64,000 nt of DNA, taken from NCBI GenBank assembly GCA_965222605.1, contig OZ244960.1, positions 2,560,001 to 2,624,000 on the forward strand, given 5' to 3'. A program made the translations under genes and the position numbers. Source of the DNA: Candidatus Latescibacterota bacterium. Its GTDB lineage: Bacteria > Latescibacterota > UBA2968. The stretch's first letter is position 1; each line of letters opens with the position of its first letter. The notes under the pieces are model-generated. The model made no database searches, was not told the DNA's origin, and saw nothing but the letters and a program-made list of their open reading frames with translations. Positions 1-9,711 of this stretch are shown in pieces.

Positions 1-474
1 ATGAATAAACCCCGCAGGCATATCGCCGCCATTCTCAGCGATCAGATGCAGCACAGAATACATAATATGATTACACAAAAACGTACCCGCCGAATACGTC
101 AACCGCGCCAGCACTCCGGCATCCTCCATCCGCTGAACCATAGCCCGGGTCGGCAACGTGGAAAAATAGGCATCCGGACCCCCTTCAACAATGGGATAAT
201 CAACCCCATCTATCACCTTCAAATTAATACCAACGCGCTCGACATGGAGCGCAGACGCAGAACCGTGCAGCCCCAAACACACCACCGCTGCCGGCTCGTG
301 TTCTGCAATAAGCCGGGTAACTTGGGCAATATCTGCCCCGTGAACAACCGGCAACACCGCAGAAACAACCTCGCATCCACCAATCGAAGTCCCGTCCAGA
401 GACTCAGCCACAGCCCCCGACGGATTGGACGACCACTCTGCCCAGGGTTCAAAACCCGTCAGTAAAATTTTCAC
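1..474 (-). CDS. pcp: Pyroglutamyl-peptidase I, 3' end runs off the window (absent from the ORF track)
   Basis: Manual translation from GTG at 474 gives VKILLTGFEPW...NPS, VERVGIN (Glu), SAGTFLCNH (Cys) and GFIH (His), the peptidase C15 triad. The start overlaps the upstream stop (GTGA). Confidence 0.9.
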   Translation of the reverse strand, partial: MKILLTGFEPWAEWSSNPSGAVAESLDGTSIGGCEVVSAVLPVVHGADIAQVTRLIAEHEPAAVVCLGLHGSASALHVERVGINLKVIDGVDYPIVEGGPDAYFSTLPTRAMVQRMEDAGVLARLTYSAGTFLCNHIMYSVLHLIAENGGDMPAGFIH

Positions 475-2531
475 GCGACCTCCTCAGGTGTGATACAAGA
501 AACCATACGCCCGCCCGTGATTTTGACGCCCTCACATTGGACAGCTTCAATAGTGACGTCACCCTTATCCCAAATCACAGTACCTGTCCCCATCGCCTCG
601 ATATGGATCTCGCCCTCGGGCATCACAAGCGTCAAAGGTTCGGGATCCGCGCCGTGAAAAGCAGCCACATAGCGATCGGTCTGCGGACAGGCAAAAAGCC
701 ATGCGGGCTGGCTTCCGCAGATCAGCATAGCATCTCCAACCGAAATCTCGCCCGTACTGCTTTGCCGGGCAAAAGGCGACTCGAGCGGGGGCCAGCCGAG
801 AGCACCTTCGTGAGTCCAACGTTTCTGAAGATGCCACGCCAGCAGATCGATCTGGATGCCGAGCGTCTGACCATCGCGGGTATATTCGACAGACCACGGT
901 CGCGTCTTCCCCGCTTCATAAGTCACAGGAGGCGCAGCATCGTCTTTCAGCGTACCACCAGCAACCGCCCGCACAAAAGTTTGCACATCGGGATAATCCG
1001 AACGCTCTGCCATCTCCGCATAAAAACCGCACCGGGGTTTGCCCTGATAAAAAGACCCGGGATGCCCCTGTTCCCAAAAAGTCTTGGACGGACCGAGGTA
1101 ATTGTAGAGTTCCAAAAAAAGATGGGTATCATGCTCGACCAGACGAAGAGGCGCATTGCGACCCAGATTCGTGCGAGCGAGCGGACGAATCGCAATCAAA
1201 ACGGAACCGAGCGCAACACCGACCGTGGCATTCTCAGGAATATCAAACGGAAAGTCCTCCACTATCTCATCATCAACCCAAATCTCATCGACCAGACCGC
1301 GGTCGTGCCAGCACACAACGGCTTTGGCACTATTTCGCGGCGCCATTGCACCCAGATCCTTGGGCGAATAGAGAACAATCGCCCGGGAACCATCCTGGAC
1401 ATTGTGGCACTGGCCCTCTTCAAAAAGAATCTGATCATTAGATCGGGCGGGCGTTGAGCGAAACGAACCGAGCCAGTGGTCATCGAGCACATACCGAGAA
1501 TAAATAATACCCGTCTGATCCGTATCCGTTTTATGGTGCGCAATAAAAACACTCGACTGCCCGGTAATAAAGCGATTGGTCTGACTGCGGAGTTCCTGAG
1601 AGGAAACCCCCAGCGCAAAAGAGGGACTGTGATACGTGGAGATCCCCACGCCATTCTCCGAATCGGCAGTCTCCGCGAAAAAAAATGTCTCTGGATGGTA
1701 GTCAAGCGCATCGGCGAGCCAGGCGGGAAGAAGACCTGTCTCAATATATTCGCGAAAATCATCGATTTCCGGTGGCATCTGACAGAAAAGCGCGTGACGG
1801 TACGCGCGGCTAAAAGGACCTGCCCAGCGACCAGTAGGCGGATGAATATGCAGAGCTGCGGAAAGACCAATACGCGCGCACATCATCCTGGCACCAATGC
1901 GCGTAGGCGCGTGCTGGACGAGTTCGCCCAGCCGGTGCAAAACGCGCATCGCCACATTCGCGTAATTGGGACTATTAAACTCGTACGCACAGCCGTTTCG
2001 GGTCGTAAAATCCATCCACGCCTGAAACTTCTGATAACCCCGGTTCTCGAACGCCTCATCCCCGAGCAATTCCCCACCCAAACACGTATTGGTAATATCC
2101 TTAACCACAATATTGGTATAGCGAAAATGGACATCAATCCGGCGAACCTCTTCCAGACCCAGGCGAATACTCTGGCGGACGCGATTCTGCATATCCGTAG
2201 AAAGCACATCCCCATGGTTAATCATCAAAGGAATAAGCTGGAAAAGACAAAATTGGACCGCATTGAGATCTTCCACCACCTCGTCCTCGCGCTCCCAGAG
2301 AAAATTCCCCAGATGGGGATCGCCCTCACGCGTCTCCTGACAGGCGAGCATCGCATCGAGCACTTCCTCAGCCAGATCGATATCTTCACGGGTACCATTC
2401 GCCAGAAGATCATTCGCAAACTCAGCAGCCATACGGGGCGCGTGATACGTCTTGCCCTCCTCCTGTCGCGCCAGCATACAGGTATCGGGATTGAAATTCG
2501 AGGGAATTGGAAGAGGTTGCGTTTCGGACAT
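471..2531 (-). CDS. Hypothetical protein, about 686 aa; possibly heparinase/lyase-like alpha-toroid plus beta-sandwich
   Basis: Long ORF with typical codon usage and GGAG before ATG 2531 (MSETQPL). The fold guess is weak. Confidence 0.7.
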   Translation of the reverse strand: MSETQPLPIPSNFNPDTCMLARQEEGKTYHAPRMAAEFANDLLANGTREDIDLAEEVLDAMLACQETREGDPHLGNFLWEREDEVVEDLNAVQFCLFQLIPLMINHGDVLSTDMQNRVRQSIRLGLEEVRRIDVHFRYTNIVVKDITNTCLGGELLGDEAFENRGYQKFQAWMDFTTRNGCAYEFNSPNYANVAMRVLHRLGELVQHAPTRIGARMMCARIGLSAALHIHPPTGRWAGPFSRAYRHALFCQMPPEIDDFREYIETGLLPAWLADALDYHPETFFFAETADSENGVGISTYHSPSFALGVSSQELRSQTNRFITGQSSVFIAHHKTDTDQTGIIYSRYVLDDHWLGSFRSTPARSNDQILFEEGQCHNVQDGSRAIVLYSPKDLGAMAPRNSAKAVVCWHDRGLVDEIWVDDEIVEDFPFDIPENATVGVALGSVLIAIRPLARTNLGRNAPLRLVEHDTHLFLELYNYLGPSKTFWEQGHPGSFYQGKPRCGFYAEMAERSDYPDVQTFVRAVAGGTLKDDAAPPVTYEAGKTRPWSVEYTRDGQTLGIQIDLLAWHLQKRWTHEGALGWPPLESPFARQSSTGEISVGDAMLICGSQPAWLFACPQTDRYVAAFHGADPEPLTLVMPEGEIHIEAMGTGTVIWDKGDVTIEAVQCEGVKITGGRMVSCITPEEVA

Positions 2532-2548
2532 AGTGGACTCCGATAATA

Positions 2549-2577
2549 TTGACACTTCATAGAAAGTTATGTACAAT
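2549..2577 (+). promoter_or_regulatory. Sigma70-type promoter for the PhyH gene at 2618
   Basis: TTGACA-17 bp-TACAAT, followed by an AAGGAG RBS before ATG 2618. Confidence 0.7.
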
Positions 2578-2617
2578 GCGGTAGGTAGTCAGTCCCCAGC
2601 CCCTCAAGGAGCCTCCC

Positions 2618-3469
2618 ATGGCAGAAGCCGTATCCAGCGAAACGCCCATCGCGATACATGAACCATCCCTCTACGACACGACCAGACGGGCCGACTATCT
2701 CGACACCCTTAACGACATCGACGATCGTCAAATCGCCCGGTTTCACGAACAGGGATACCTCGCCATTCGGCGGGCATTTACACCGCAACAAATCGAATCT
2801 GTCGGCCAGGCCATGTGGGACCTCATCGACGGCAAGAGCCAGGACTTCAAAGGCATACTGGCCGAAGCTGCCAAACGCGGGCATTTTTCCGAACTCACAG
2901 GCGAAGCGCGCCGCGATAGCGTGCGAAAAATCTGGAAATTCGTCGATCACGACACGCGGCTCAACGACCTCGCCCATGACCCAAACATCCTCTCCGTCCT
3001 CTCTCGCCTGATGGATGACACACCCGTACTCTTTCAGGACATGGGCTTGATCAAACCCCCGCACATAGGCCGCGAAAAACCCTGGCATCAGGACTGCGCG
3101 TACTTCAATTATCCCGTAGGCACCACCGTCGTCGGCGTATGGATCGCGATTGACGCCGCAACAGAAGAAAACGGGTGCTTGCACATCATCCCCGGCTCAC
3201 ATCGCGAAGGTCCCACCCCACATTTCAGGCGGCGCGACTGGCAAATATGCGACACAGACGTCGCCGTACCCAAAAACGTCACCGTCCCACTCGACCCCGG
3301 CGGATGCCTCTTCTGGCACGGCATGACCCATCACGGCAGCCCAACCAACCGATCCGCCCACCGCCGCAGAGCACTGCAATACCACTACCGCCCCCAAAGC
3401 ACCGTGGAAATGACCGCAAAAGAACGCCTGTCCATCTACGGCGGCGACGAACTCGGGGTAACGTGCTAA
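2618..3469 (+). CDS. PhyH-family Fe(II)/2OG dioxygenase with canonical HxD...H triad
   Basis: FHEQGYLAI, KPWHQD, NGCLHIIPGSH, THHGS, RRALQYHY. Confidence 0.9.
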   Translation: MAEAVSSETPIAIHEPSLYDTTRRADYLDTLNDIDDRQIARFHEQGYLAIRRAFTPQQIESVGQAMWDLIDGKSQDFKGILAEAAKRGHFSELTGEARRDSVRKIWKFVDHDTRLNDLAHDPNILSVLSRLMDDTPVLFQDMGLIKPPHIGREKPWHQDCAYFNYPVGTTVVGVWIAIDAATEENGCLHIIPGSHREGPTPHFRRRDWQICDTDVAVPKNVTVPLDPGGCLFWHGMTHHGSPTNRSAHRRRALQYHYRPQSTVEMTAKERLSIYGGDELGVTC

Positions 3470-3474
3470 ACCAC

Positions 3475-5761
3475 CTATCCTGCAGCCCATCCCTCTGAAA
3501 GCATCTCCGCCTGTCTCAAAACCGTAAGCGTCGCGTTATCCGCTTTGTCTGGCGGATAACCGTGCTTGCGCAGAATGCGCTTGACTAACCGCCGCAAATT
3601 CGCGCGCACATTCTCTCGCAGCGTCCAATCAATCGTTACATTTTCGCGCACGGTCCTCACCAGTTCGCGTGCAATGGTGCGAAGCGTCTCATCGCCCAAA
3701 ACTTGAACCGCGCTATCATTGGTTTCAAGCGCGTCGTAAAAAGCCAGTTCCTCCTCAGTCATACCAAGGCTTTCACCCCGCGCCTGAGCCTCGCGCATGT
3801 CCTTCCCCAGCTTAATCAACTCATCAATAATATACGCCGCCTCAACGGTGCGATTCTGGTAACGCAGAATAGTCTGCTCCAGCATATCGGCGAACGACCG
3901 CGCCTGCACCACATTCTTCCGCATGCGACTGGAAATCTCGCCCTTGAGCAACTTTTCAAGCAACTCCACAGCGAGATTGCGCTGCGGCATACCCCGCACC
4001 TCAGCCAAAAACTCGTCGGACAATACCGAAATATCGGGCTTATCCAACCCCGCCGCGGCAAAAATATCCGTCACCTCGTCGGACGCCACCGCACGCGAAA
4101 CGATCTGACGCACCGCGAGATCCAATTCCTCTTGCGGACGCGCATCGACTGGCGCGCGTTTGCCCAACACCGATCGCATCAACTTCCTCACCCTCTGTAG
4201 CCTCCTCAAACTCCGGGTCAACCGTCGGTTTCTCTCCTTCATCCAATGACAGCCTGGCAAGGCGGCTCTCGTAGTAAATCGGCACCGTAGCACCATCTTC
4301 TACCGAACGCTGAATATCGTAAATACTAATATAATTGCCAAACACAGCGCGGGTATTGGCATCCTGCAACTCAATAGGTGTACCAGTAAAACCGACAAAA
4401 GAAGCATTGGGCAGAGCATCGCGCATGTGCCTCGCGAACCCATCGATAAAATCGTACTGGCTGCGATGGGCCTCATCGGCAATAACCACAATATTGCGCC
4501 GTGCCGAAAGCTCCGGATGGATGTCGACATTCTCTTCCGGGAAAAACTTCTGAATAGTAGTAAACACCACGCCCCCGGACGCTACAGAGAGCTTTTGACG
4601 CAAGTCGGCGCGGTTGCTCGCTTGTATTGGCGTTTGACGCAGCAAATCCTGACAACGAGAAAACGTACCAAAAAGCTGATCATCGAGATCATTGCGATCC
4701 GTCAAAACCACAATCGTCGGATTCTCCATCACCGGATCGCGGACAATAGCCCCGGCATAAAAAGCCATAGTCAAACTCTTACCCGACCCCTGAGTATGCC
4801 ACACCACGCCAATGCGCTGATCACCCGGCGCACCTCCCGGTTGCTGACCCGACTCGTAACGTCCGCCCCCTTCCGCGCCCCCACGCCCCGCATGCTGCAA
4901 TTCCACCGCGCGCCGCGTCTCACCCACAGCCACCCGCACCGCGTGAAACTGGTGATAACCCGCCATCTTCTTCGCCAGCGCACCGCTGCCATCATCCTCA
5001 AAAACAATAAAATCGCGCACCAGCGAAAGAAAACGCCCGACATCGCAGACACCTTCGAGCATCACCTGCAATTCGGGCATATTGGAATCTGCCAGATCTT
5101 CACCTGAAATCGTACGCCAGGGCTTGAACCACTCGCGCCCGGCAGTCAGCGTACCAACCCGCGCCTCCATCCCATCCGAAACCATCAAAGCCGCGTTCAT
5201 GGCAAACAGCGTCGGCAACTCCTCCTTATACGTCTGAAGCTGCTGCCACGCAGACCATATCGTAGCATCCTCATCCACCGGGTTCTTGAGTTCAATAATC
5301 CCCAGAGGCAAGCCATTCACGAACAGGATCACATCCGGACGTCGGGTGTTCTTATTTTCAGTAACAGTGAATTGATTGACCGCGAGCCAGTCGTTATTGG
5401 AGGGATCGTCAAAATCAATAACCTTCACCTGCGCCCCACGCACAACCCCAGCGTCCCTGTATTCCACATTAACGCCATTCACAATCAGACGATGAAAAGC
5501 GCGATTGCGAAACTCCAGCGATGTTCCCTCAAGACGGGTCAGTTTGCGAAAAGCATCATCCAACGCGCCCGCGGGAAGATCGGAATTGAGCCGCGCAAGC
5601 GCATCCTGCAACCGCCGCGCCAGAACCACATCTCCATAATCCGTTCGTTCTGCACCCGGCGTATCAGGAGCTATATCGGGACCATGAACAACGCCCCAGC
5701 CGAGGCTCTTCAGATAGGCGAGCGCGGCGTCCTCTACAGTAGATTCAGTGAGAGAGGCCAT
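3475..5761 (-). pseudogene. hsdR: Type I restriction enzyme R subunit, internally deleted and frameshifted near 4180
   Basis: The N-part has [34 protein letters not shown] and GFTGTP, and stops at [13 protein letters not shown]3387-like C-part ([21 protein letters not shown]...GYPPD) lies in another frame. The second RecA domain is missing, and no hsdM or hsdS is nearby. Confidence 0.85.
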
Positions 5762-5849
5762 TGAGATTTTCCGTTATGCCGCCATCGGGATACGTCAGTG
5801 GCGTTCGCACCCGCACCCCCTCTTGCGGAGCCGGTGAACACTCGAATGG

Positions 5850-6007
5850 GTACCCGCGCCAAGTCAGATCCTCCGGCGCACACACCATTTGCGCGAGTGT
5901 GGTCTTGCCGCACTGGCGTGGGCCATGAATCAAGACGACAGGTCAGTCTTCCAATGCCTCTGCCAGTCGCCGTTCCACATAGCGGGGTAGAAAACGATCT
6001 CAGTCAT
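5850..6007 (-). pseudogene. N-terminal remnant of an AAA_14/DUF4143-type ATPase
   Basis: From ATG 6007, with one frameshift and one nonsense codon, it reads MTEIVFYP(R)YVERRLAEALED*PVVLIHGPRQCGKTTLAQM (Walker A), then is truncated. Confidence 0.7.
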
Positions 6008-6028
6008 CGGCCAATCGCAATCTATTTA

Positions 6029-6069
6029 TGCGTCCAATTGAAAGGTTATAGTGCGTCCAATTGAAAGGT
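6029..6069. repeat. 18-bp perfect direct repeat TGCGTCCAATTGAAAGGT, 23-bp period
   Basis: Copies at 6029-6046 and 6052-6069, just upstream of the ATPase remnant. Confidence 0.9.
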
Positions 6070-6136
6070 ACAAAGAAGGGTGATCATTGGAATTTTCCGT
6101 TGCTCTTGCCACAAATTTCTCCCGCACAGACATGGG

Positions 6137-7279
6137 CTATTCGTCCTCGTCCGGCGCATCCTCATTCAAAATGATATCTACAATGCGCGGGTTCAGCAAT
6201 CGCCAGCGTTGCCCGGTTCGCTCGAGATCGCCTTCCATGACGAGCGGCGACTTAGTCTCGTGAGCCTGTATCGCCCGCTCGTAATCAGACTGTTTCAAAA
6301 CGGCCACAACGACTTGGTTTTGCCCGTCAATGGATGCCCGCATGGCAATAGTTCCTTTCGTATCCATCTCATCGCGTTTCAGCCTCTGCACGATGCCAAA
6401 CAGGCACATATCTGGTCGTGGTTCGCGGTCGCGAAATGATCGTGCGGCCTCGCGCAGGATCGGAGCATCATGCGAGGCGAAGCGAACGACATTCCGGGCT
6501 GTACTCATCGGATGTGTGCGAGCCCAAACCAGACTGATGTCCAGTATCGGGAACGGCTCAATCAGCTTGACGAGTGCCTCGCACAAATTGGCACTCACGC
6601 CACTCGCTACGGCTTCCGAGAACGCACCAGCGTCTCCAACAACCGTTTTTTCGGTCGCCTCGCGGGTAGCTGCCAGCGCGTCCGCCAGACGCCTTGTTAC
6701 TTGCCGCTCAATCGGGTCATCGCTGTATTCCAACGTCGAAAATATCTGCTGTTGTATCGGGGGAGAAATAACGGGACTCAACAGCGTAATGGCGAAGCTA
6801 CTTTGTTCGGTCTGCCCCAAGCGAACCCGGTTCAGGTAGGCCCTAGCCTCTCTGTTGGCACCCGCGCGATAGATGGGCTGTGCTCCTTGAAGCGAGCAGG
6901 CGGCAGCGAGGATCATGTCGCTTGCGCCACTCAGGAGATCGATCCCATCGCTCACTACCAAACTGCCGCTTTCGTCGCTATCAACGGCCCGGACACGCAC
7001 CACGTCGCGATCAGCCATCGCCAAGTCGCGATAGAGGGCAAGTTCGTCAACCTCGGCAACCTCGGCGAAAATTTCAATGATCATCGAGACGACTCTGGCG
7101 TAATCACCCAGGTGTGCAGTTCGCGGCAAAATGATCTCGGGTAGTCCCTCGCCCATAAATACATCGGAATGCTTGCCGTAGGTATCGACCTTGGTCCAAC
7201 CGGCTGTGCGAGCGTAAGCAGACAACGCCGCAGGAGAAACCTCAAGCAAGGCTTTCTTGTCTTGGATACTAACTTTCAT
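6137..7279 (-). CDS. Hypothetical protein (380 aa) coupled to the DUF4365-like gene
   Basis: Intact ORF with AGGAGG RBS and ATGA overlap with the upstream gene. Confidence 0.8.
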   Translation of the reverse strand: MKVSIQDKKALLEVSPAALSAYARTAGWTKVDTYGKHSDVFMGEGLPEIILPRTAHLGDYARVVSMIIEIFAEVAEVDELALYRDLAMADRDVVRVRAVDSDESGSLVVSDGIDLLSGASDMILAAACSLQGAQPIYRAGANREARAYLNRVRLGQTEQSSFAITLLSPVISPPIQQQIFSTLEYSDDPIERQVTRRLADALAATREATEKTVVGDAGAFSEAVASGVSANLCEALVKLIEPFPILDISLVWARTHPMSTARNVVRFASHDAPILREAARSFRDREPRPDMCLFGIVQRLKRDEMDTKGTIAMRASIDGQNQVVVAVLKQSDYERAIQAHETKSPLVMEGDLERTGQRWRLLNPRIVDIILNEDAPDEDE

Positions 7280-7653
7280 CGGTTTCCTCCTTTTCTCGAT
7301 TGTTCCATTAGCGCACGCAAACCTTCGACATTGAACAGATTCTCTTCAGGGATGCGGACGGTAACAGACGACTGGTTAGCGGTTTCTTCGTATCCTTGCA
7401 GATTAAGCCAATAGGCCCGATGCCTAAGTATAAGTTCAGCTTCGGTGATTGTCATCCATTGTTGTTCGTCTTTCGGCAAATCAAGCACCATGAATAGCCG
7501 AAGGTTATGGGTTTCAATACGCAGGTCATTATAATTTTTGATGCCCAGCGGGAAGTGCAGGAACCCGTCACGAGGCCATTCCAAGTTGACGGTAGCTTTC
7601 AACTGCAAATCGATCAGGGGCCGCATCCTACCACCGGCACGGATGCACAGGTC
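7276..7653 (-). pseudogene. DUF4365-like PD-(D/E)XK nuclease-family protein, 5'-truncated
   Basis: DLCIRAGG.MRPLIDLQLKAT...AYWLNLQG...VTVRIPEEN. An in-frame stop lies directly upstream of DLCIR, so the N-terminal part is missing. Confidence 0.65.
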
Positions 7654-7679
7654 TCATACCGTTTTTTACGTCCATGTTC

Positions 7680-8519
7680 TTACCCCCTATCACTCCTCTT
7701 CACCTGCGGCTCTCGTGGGAGCAGCACTTGTGGTTGCACAATGCGGCGGCGTTGGGGTGTCAGACGTTCCAGCAACTCTGGCGAAGGCTGGTACCCGTGC
7801 CGGAAATTCCCCCACGAAGGCCCGTACCGATACACCGCGATACGCCGCGTCCCCGCATTGACCCGCTTCGCCGACCCGTGTGAAATCCCATCCACAAAAA
7901 GCAGCACATCGCCCGCCTTCATAAACACCTCAATCGCGCCCACCGTACCCTCCACAGACCTGTCCTTCCCCATCCTCTGCTCATCGTAATACGGATGCCT
8001 GAAATTCGCTTTGTGACTCCCCGGAATCAACATCGTCCCTCCATCGCCCGGACCAATATCCGTCAGCGCCATCAGCACATTGACCTGCCCGCACATAAAC
8101 CGTCCGCCGTGATACCGAAACTGATTCCTGACAATAGGCGGAAACCCGCCCGAATGCAACCCAATAGCCTCGCCCGGCTCGCGAAAATTGGCCAAACACT
8201 CATCGATAAACATCGGACCGTGATGGTGATCAAACGTCCCCTCCGCACCGATGAAAAGCTTGACATGCTCAAACCAAGACGGATGATCAATCAGCTTCTC
8301 GTACGGCTCGCCCGCCTCATAAATCTGCTGATAATTGATCCCCGACGTCACATCGCCATACGTATGGCTTTGAATATAACCATACCATTCGCCCGGCTTC
8401 AGTGCGGGAATCTCATCCAAACAATCATTCAACGCCTGAACCTCATCGCCAGTCAGCGCACCCTCCAAATGCAAGTACCCGCGCAAATCAAACAAATAAA
8501 CATCGAGATCTGAAACCAT
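7680..8519 (-). CDS. PhyH-family Fe(II)/2OG enzyme with non-canonical H-S-G motif
   Basis: LFDLRGYLHL, GLHSGG (no Asp), LIPGSHK, ISHGS, RRIAVYRY. AAGGAG RBS before ATG 8519. Confidence 0.85.
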   Translation of the reverse strand: MVSDLDVYLFDLRGYLHLEGALTGDEVQALNDCLDEIPALKPGEWYGYIQSHTYGDVTSGINYQQIYEAGEPYEKLIDHPSWFEHVKLFIGAEGTFDHHHGPMFIDECLANFREPGEAIGLHSGGFPPIVRNQFRYHGGRFMCGQVNVLMALTDIGPGDGGTMLIPGSHKANFRHPYYDEQRMGKDRSVEGTVGAIEVFMKAGDVLLFVDGISHGSAKRVNAGTRRIAVYRYGPSWGNFRHGYQPSPELLERLTPQRRRIVQPQVLLPREPQVKRSDRG

Positions 8520-8605
8520 TGTCACGCTCCTTGTCAATATTATCTATGTCACATCGCAAGTTATGATAAACTCTTATAGGCTTAAAATCCATATCATTTT
8601 TTACA

Positions 8606-8640
8606 AGCGGTCAGCTATTAGCGGTCAGCCGTCAGCAAAA
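8606..8640. repeat. Degenerate heptamer tandem repeat (NAGCNNT x5)
   Basis: aagcggt cagctat tagcggt cagccgt cagcaaa. Confidence 0.6.
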
Positions 8641-8647
8641 CCCTTCT

Positions 8648-8750
8648 GGATCGCGGCTTAAAGCATGCCGCGATGACACACGGGGGCACAGGGACCGTCC
8701 CCTACAACACACCGACGCGATGACGGGCGGGCACGGGGACCCGCCCCTAC
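8648..8750. repeat. REP cluster: CGTC-type palindrome plus two GTAG-type palindromes
   Basis: GGATCGCGGC-n-GCCGCGATGAC; GGGGGCACAGGGACCGTCCCCTAC; GGGCGGGCACGGGGACCCGCCCCTAC. The same units recur throughout the window. Confidence 0.85.
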
Positions 8751-8788
8751 AATACACCGCATCTTCCTTCACACTTCCTACTTCACAC

Positions 8789-8817
8789 TTGCCACAATAC
8801 CCATCTCATTATATACT
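8789..8817 (+). promoter_or_regulatory. Sigma70-type promoter of the HAD-uronate isomerase operon
   Basis: TTGCCA-17 bp-TATACT. Confidence 0.55.
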
Positions 8818-8828
8818 TTGGAAATACA

Positions 8829-9698
8829 GTGAAAATGGACATCCAAAACATGGAACCACAAAACCCAAAAAACATGCAAGAACGCACGCCTGAAACCATA
8901 CGCGATGAAGATACCGAAGAAGAACTCATCGCGGAAGAAACCCTTGAAGAAACACAACCTCTGCCCGAGGATCGGCTAACCCTGCGGAAACCGCTCGGCA
9001 TATTATTTGACCTGGGCGACACCCTCTTAACATACCTCAAATTCGACCCAGAAGCCGGGCATGCAGCCACACTAAAAATCGCCAACAATCCATTGGGTTA
9101 CACAGTCGCAGACATTGACAACCACATAAAAAAACTCAACCGCGACCTCATACCCCGCCGCGAAAAAGCACAGGTAGAATTTCATCCCCACATCATCCAG
9201 CGCCACGTTTACGAAGCCCTGCGCATCACCTTTGACCGCACCCCTGAAGAAGTCGAACGCGTATTCTGGCGTGCCGCAACATCGTGGCAACCCGAACCCG
9301 GTGTGGAAAACACCCTCGAAATATTGCAAGACAAAAACATACCAATGGGCATCGTCAGCAACGCCGCATTTTGCGGCAACACATTGATGTGGGAAATCGA
9401 ACAACAGGGACTCGCGGACTACTTCCGCTTCCTCATGTCCAGCGCCGACTATTGGGTTCGCAAACCCCACCCCCTCCTATTGGAAACAGCCGCCGCCAAA
9501 CTCGGGATCAAACCCGCCGATATATGGTATGTAGGCAACTCGCCGCAATACGATATAGCAGCCGCGCACAACGCCGGCATGGGCGCCGTATGGTACAACC
9601 GTCTGGACGCCCCTCTCGATGGACCCGACCCCCATGTCGAAGTCAAAAACTGGCGCGAATTTTTAGAGTTAGTTGAAGGCTTTTATTTAAAAATATAA
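8829..9698 (+). CDS. HAD-superfamily hydrolase (start uncertain)
   Basis: LFDLGDTL motif I, IVSN, RKPHP, YVGNSPQYDI.AA.NAGM. Confidence 0.85.
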   Translation: MKMDIQNMEPQNPKNMQERTPETIRDEDTEEELIAEETLEETQPLPEDRLTLRKPLGILFDLGDTLLTYLKFDPEAGHAATLKIANNPLGYTVADIDNHIKKLNRDLIPRREKAQVEFHPHIIQRHVYEALRITFDRTPEEVERVFWRAATSWQPEPGVENTLEILQDKNIPMGIVSNAAFCGNTLMWEIEQQGLADYFRFLMSSADYWVRKPHPLLLETAAAKLGIKPADIWYVGNSPQYDIAAAHNAGMGAVWYNRLDAPLDGPDPHVEVKNWREFLELVEGFYLKI

Positions 9699-9711
9699 AA
9701 GGAGAACCACG

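Noticed and set aside
1-465. 154-aa + strand ORF
   Set aside because: Antisense shadow of pcp, which has clear catalytic motifs on the minus strand.
4040-4296. Programmed frameshift joining the two hsdR ORFs
   Set aside because: No slippery site, and a whole helicase domain is missing, so deletion explains it better.
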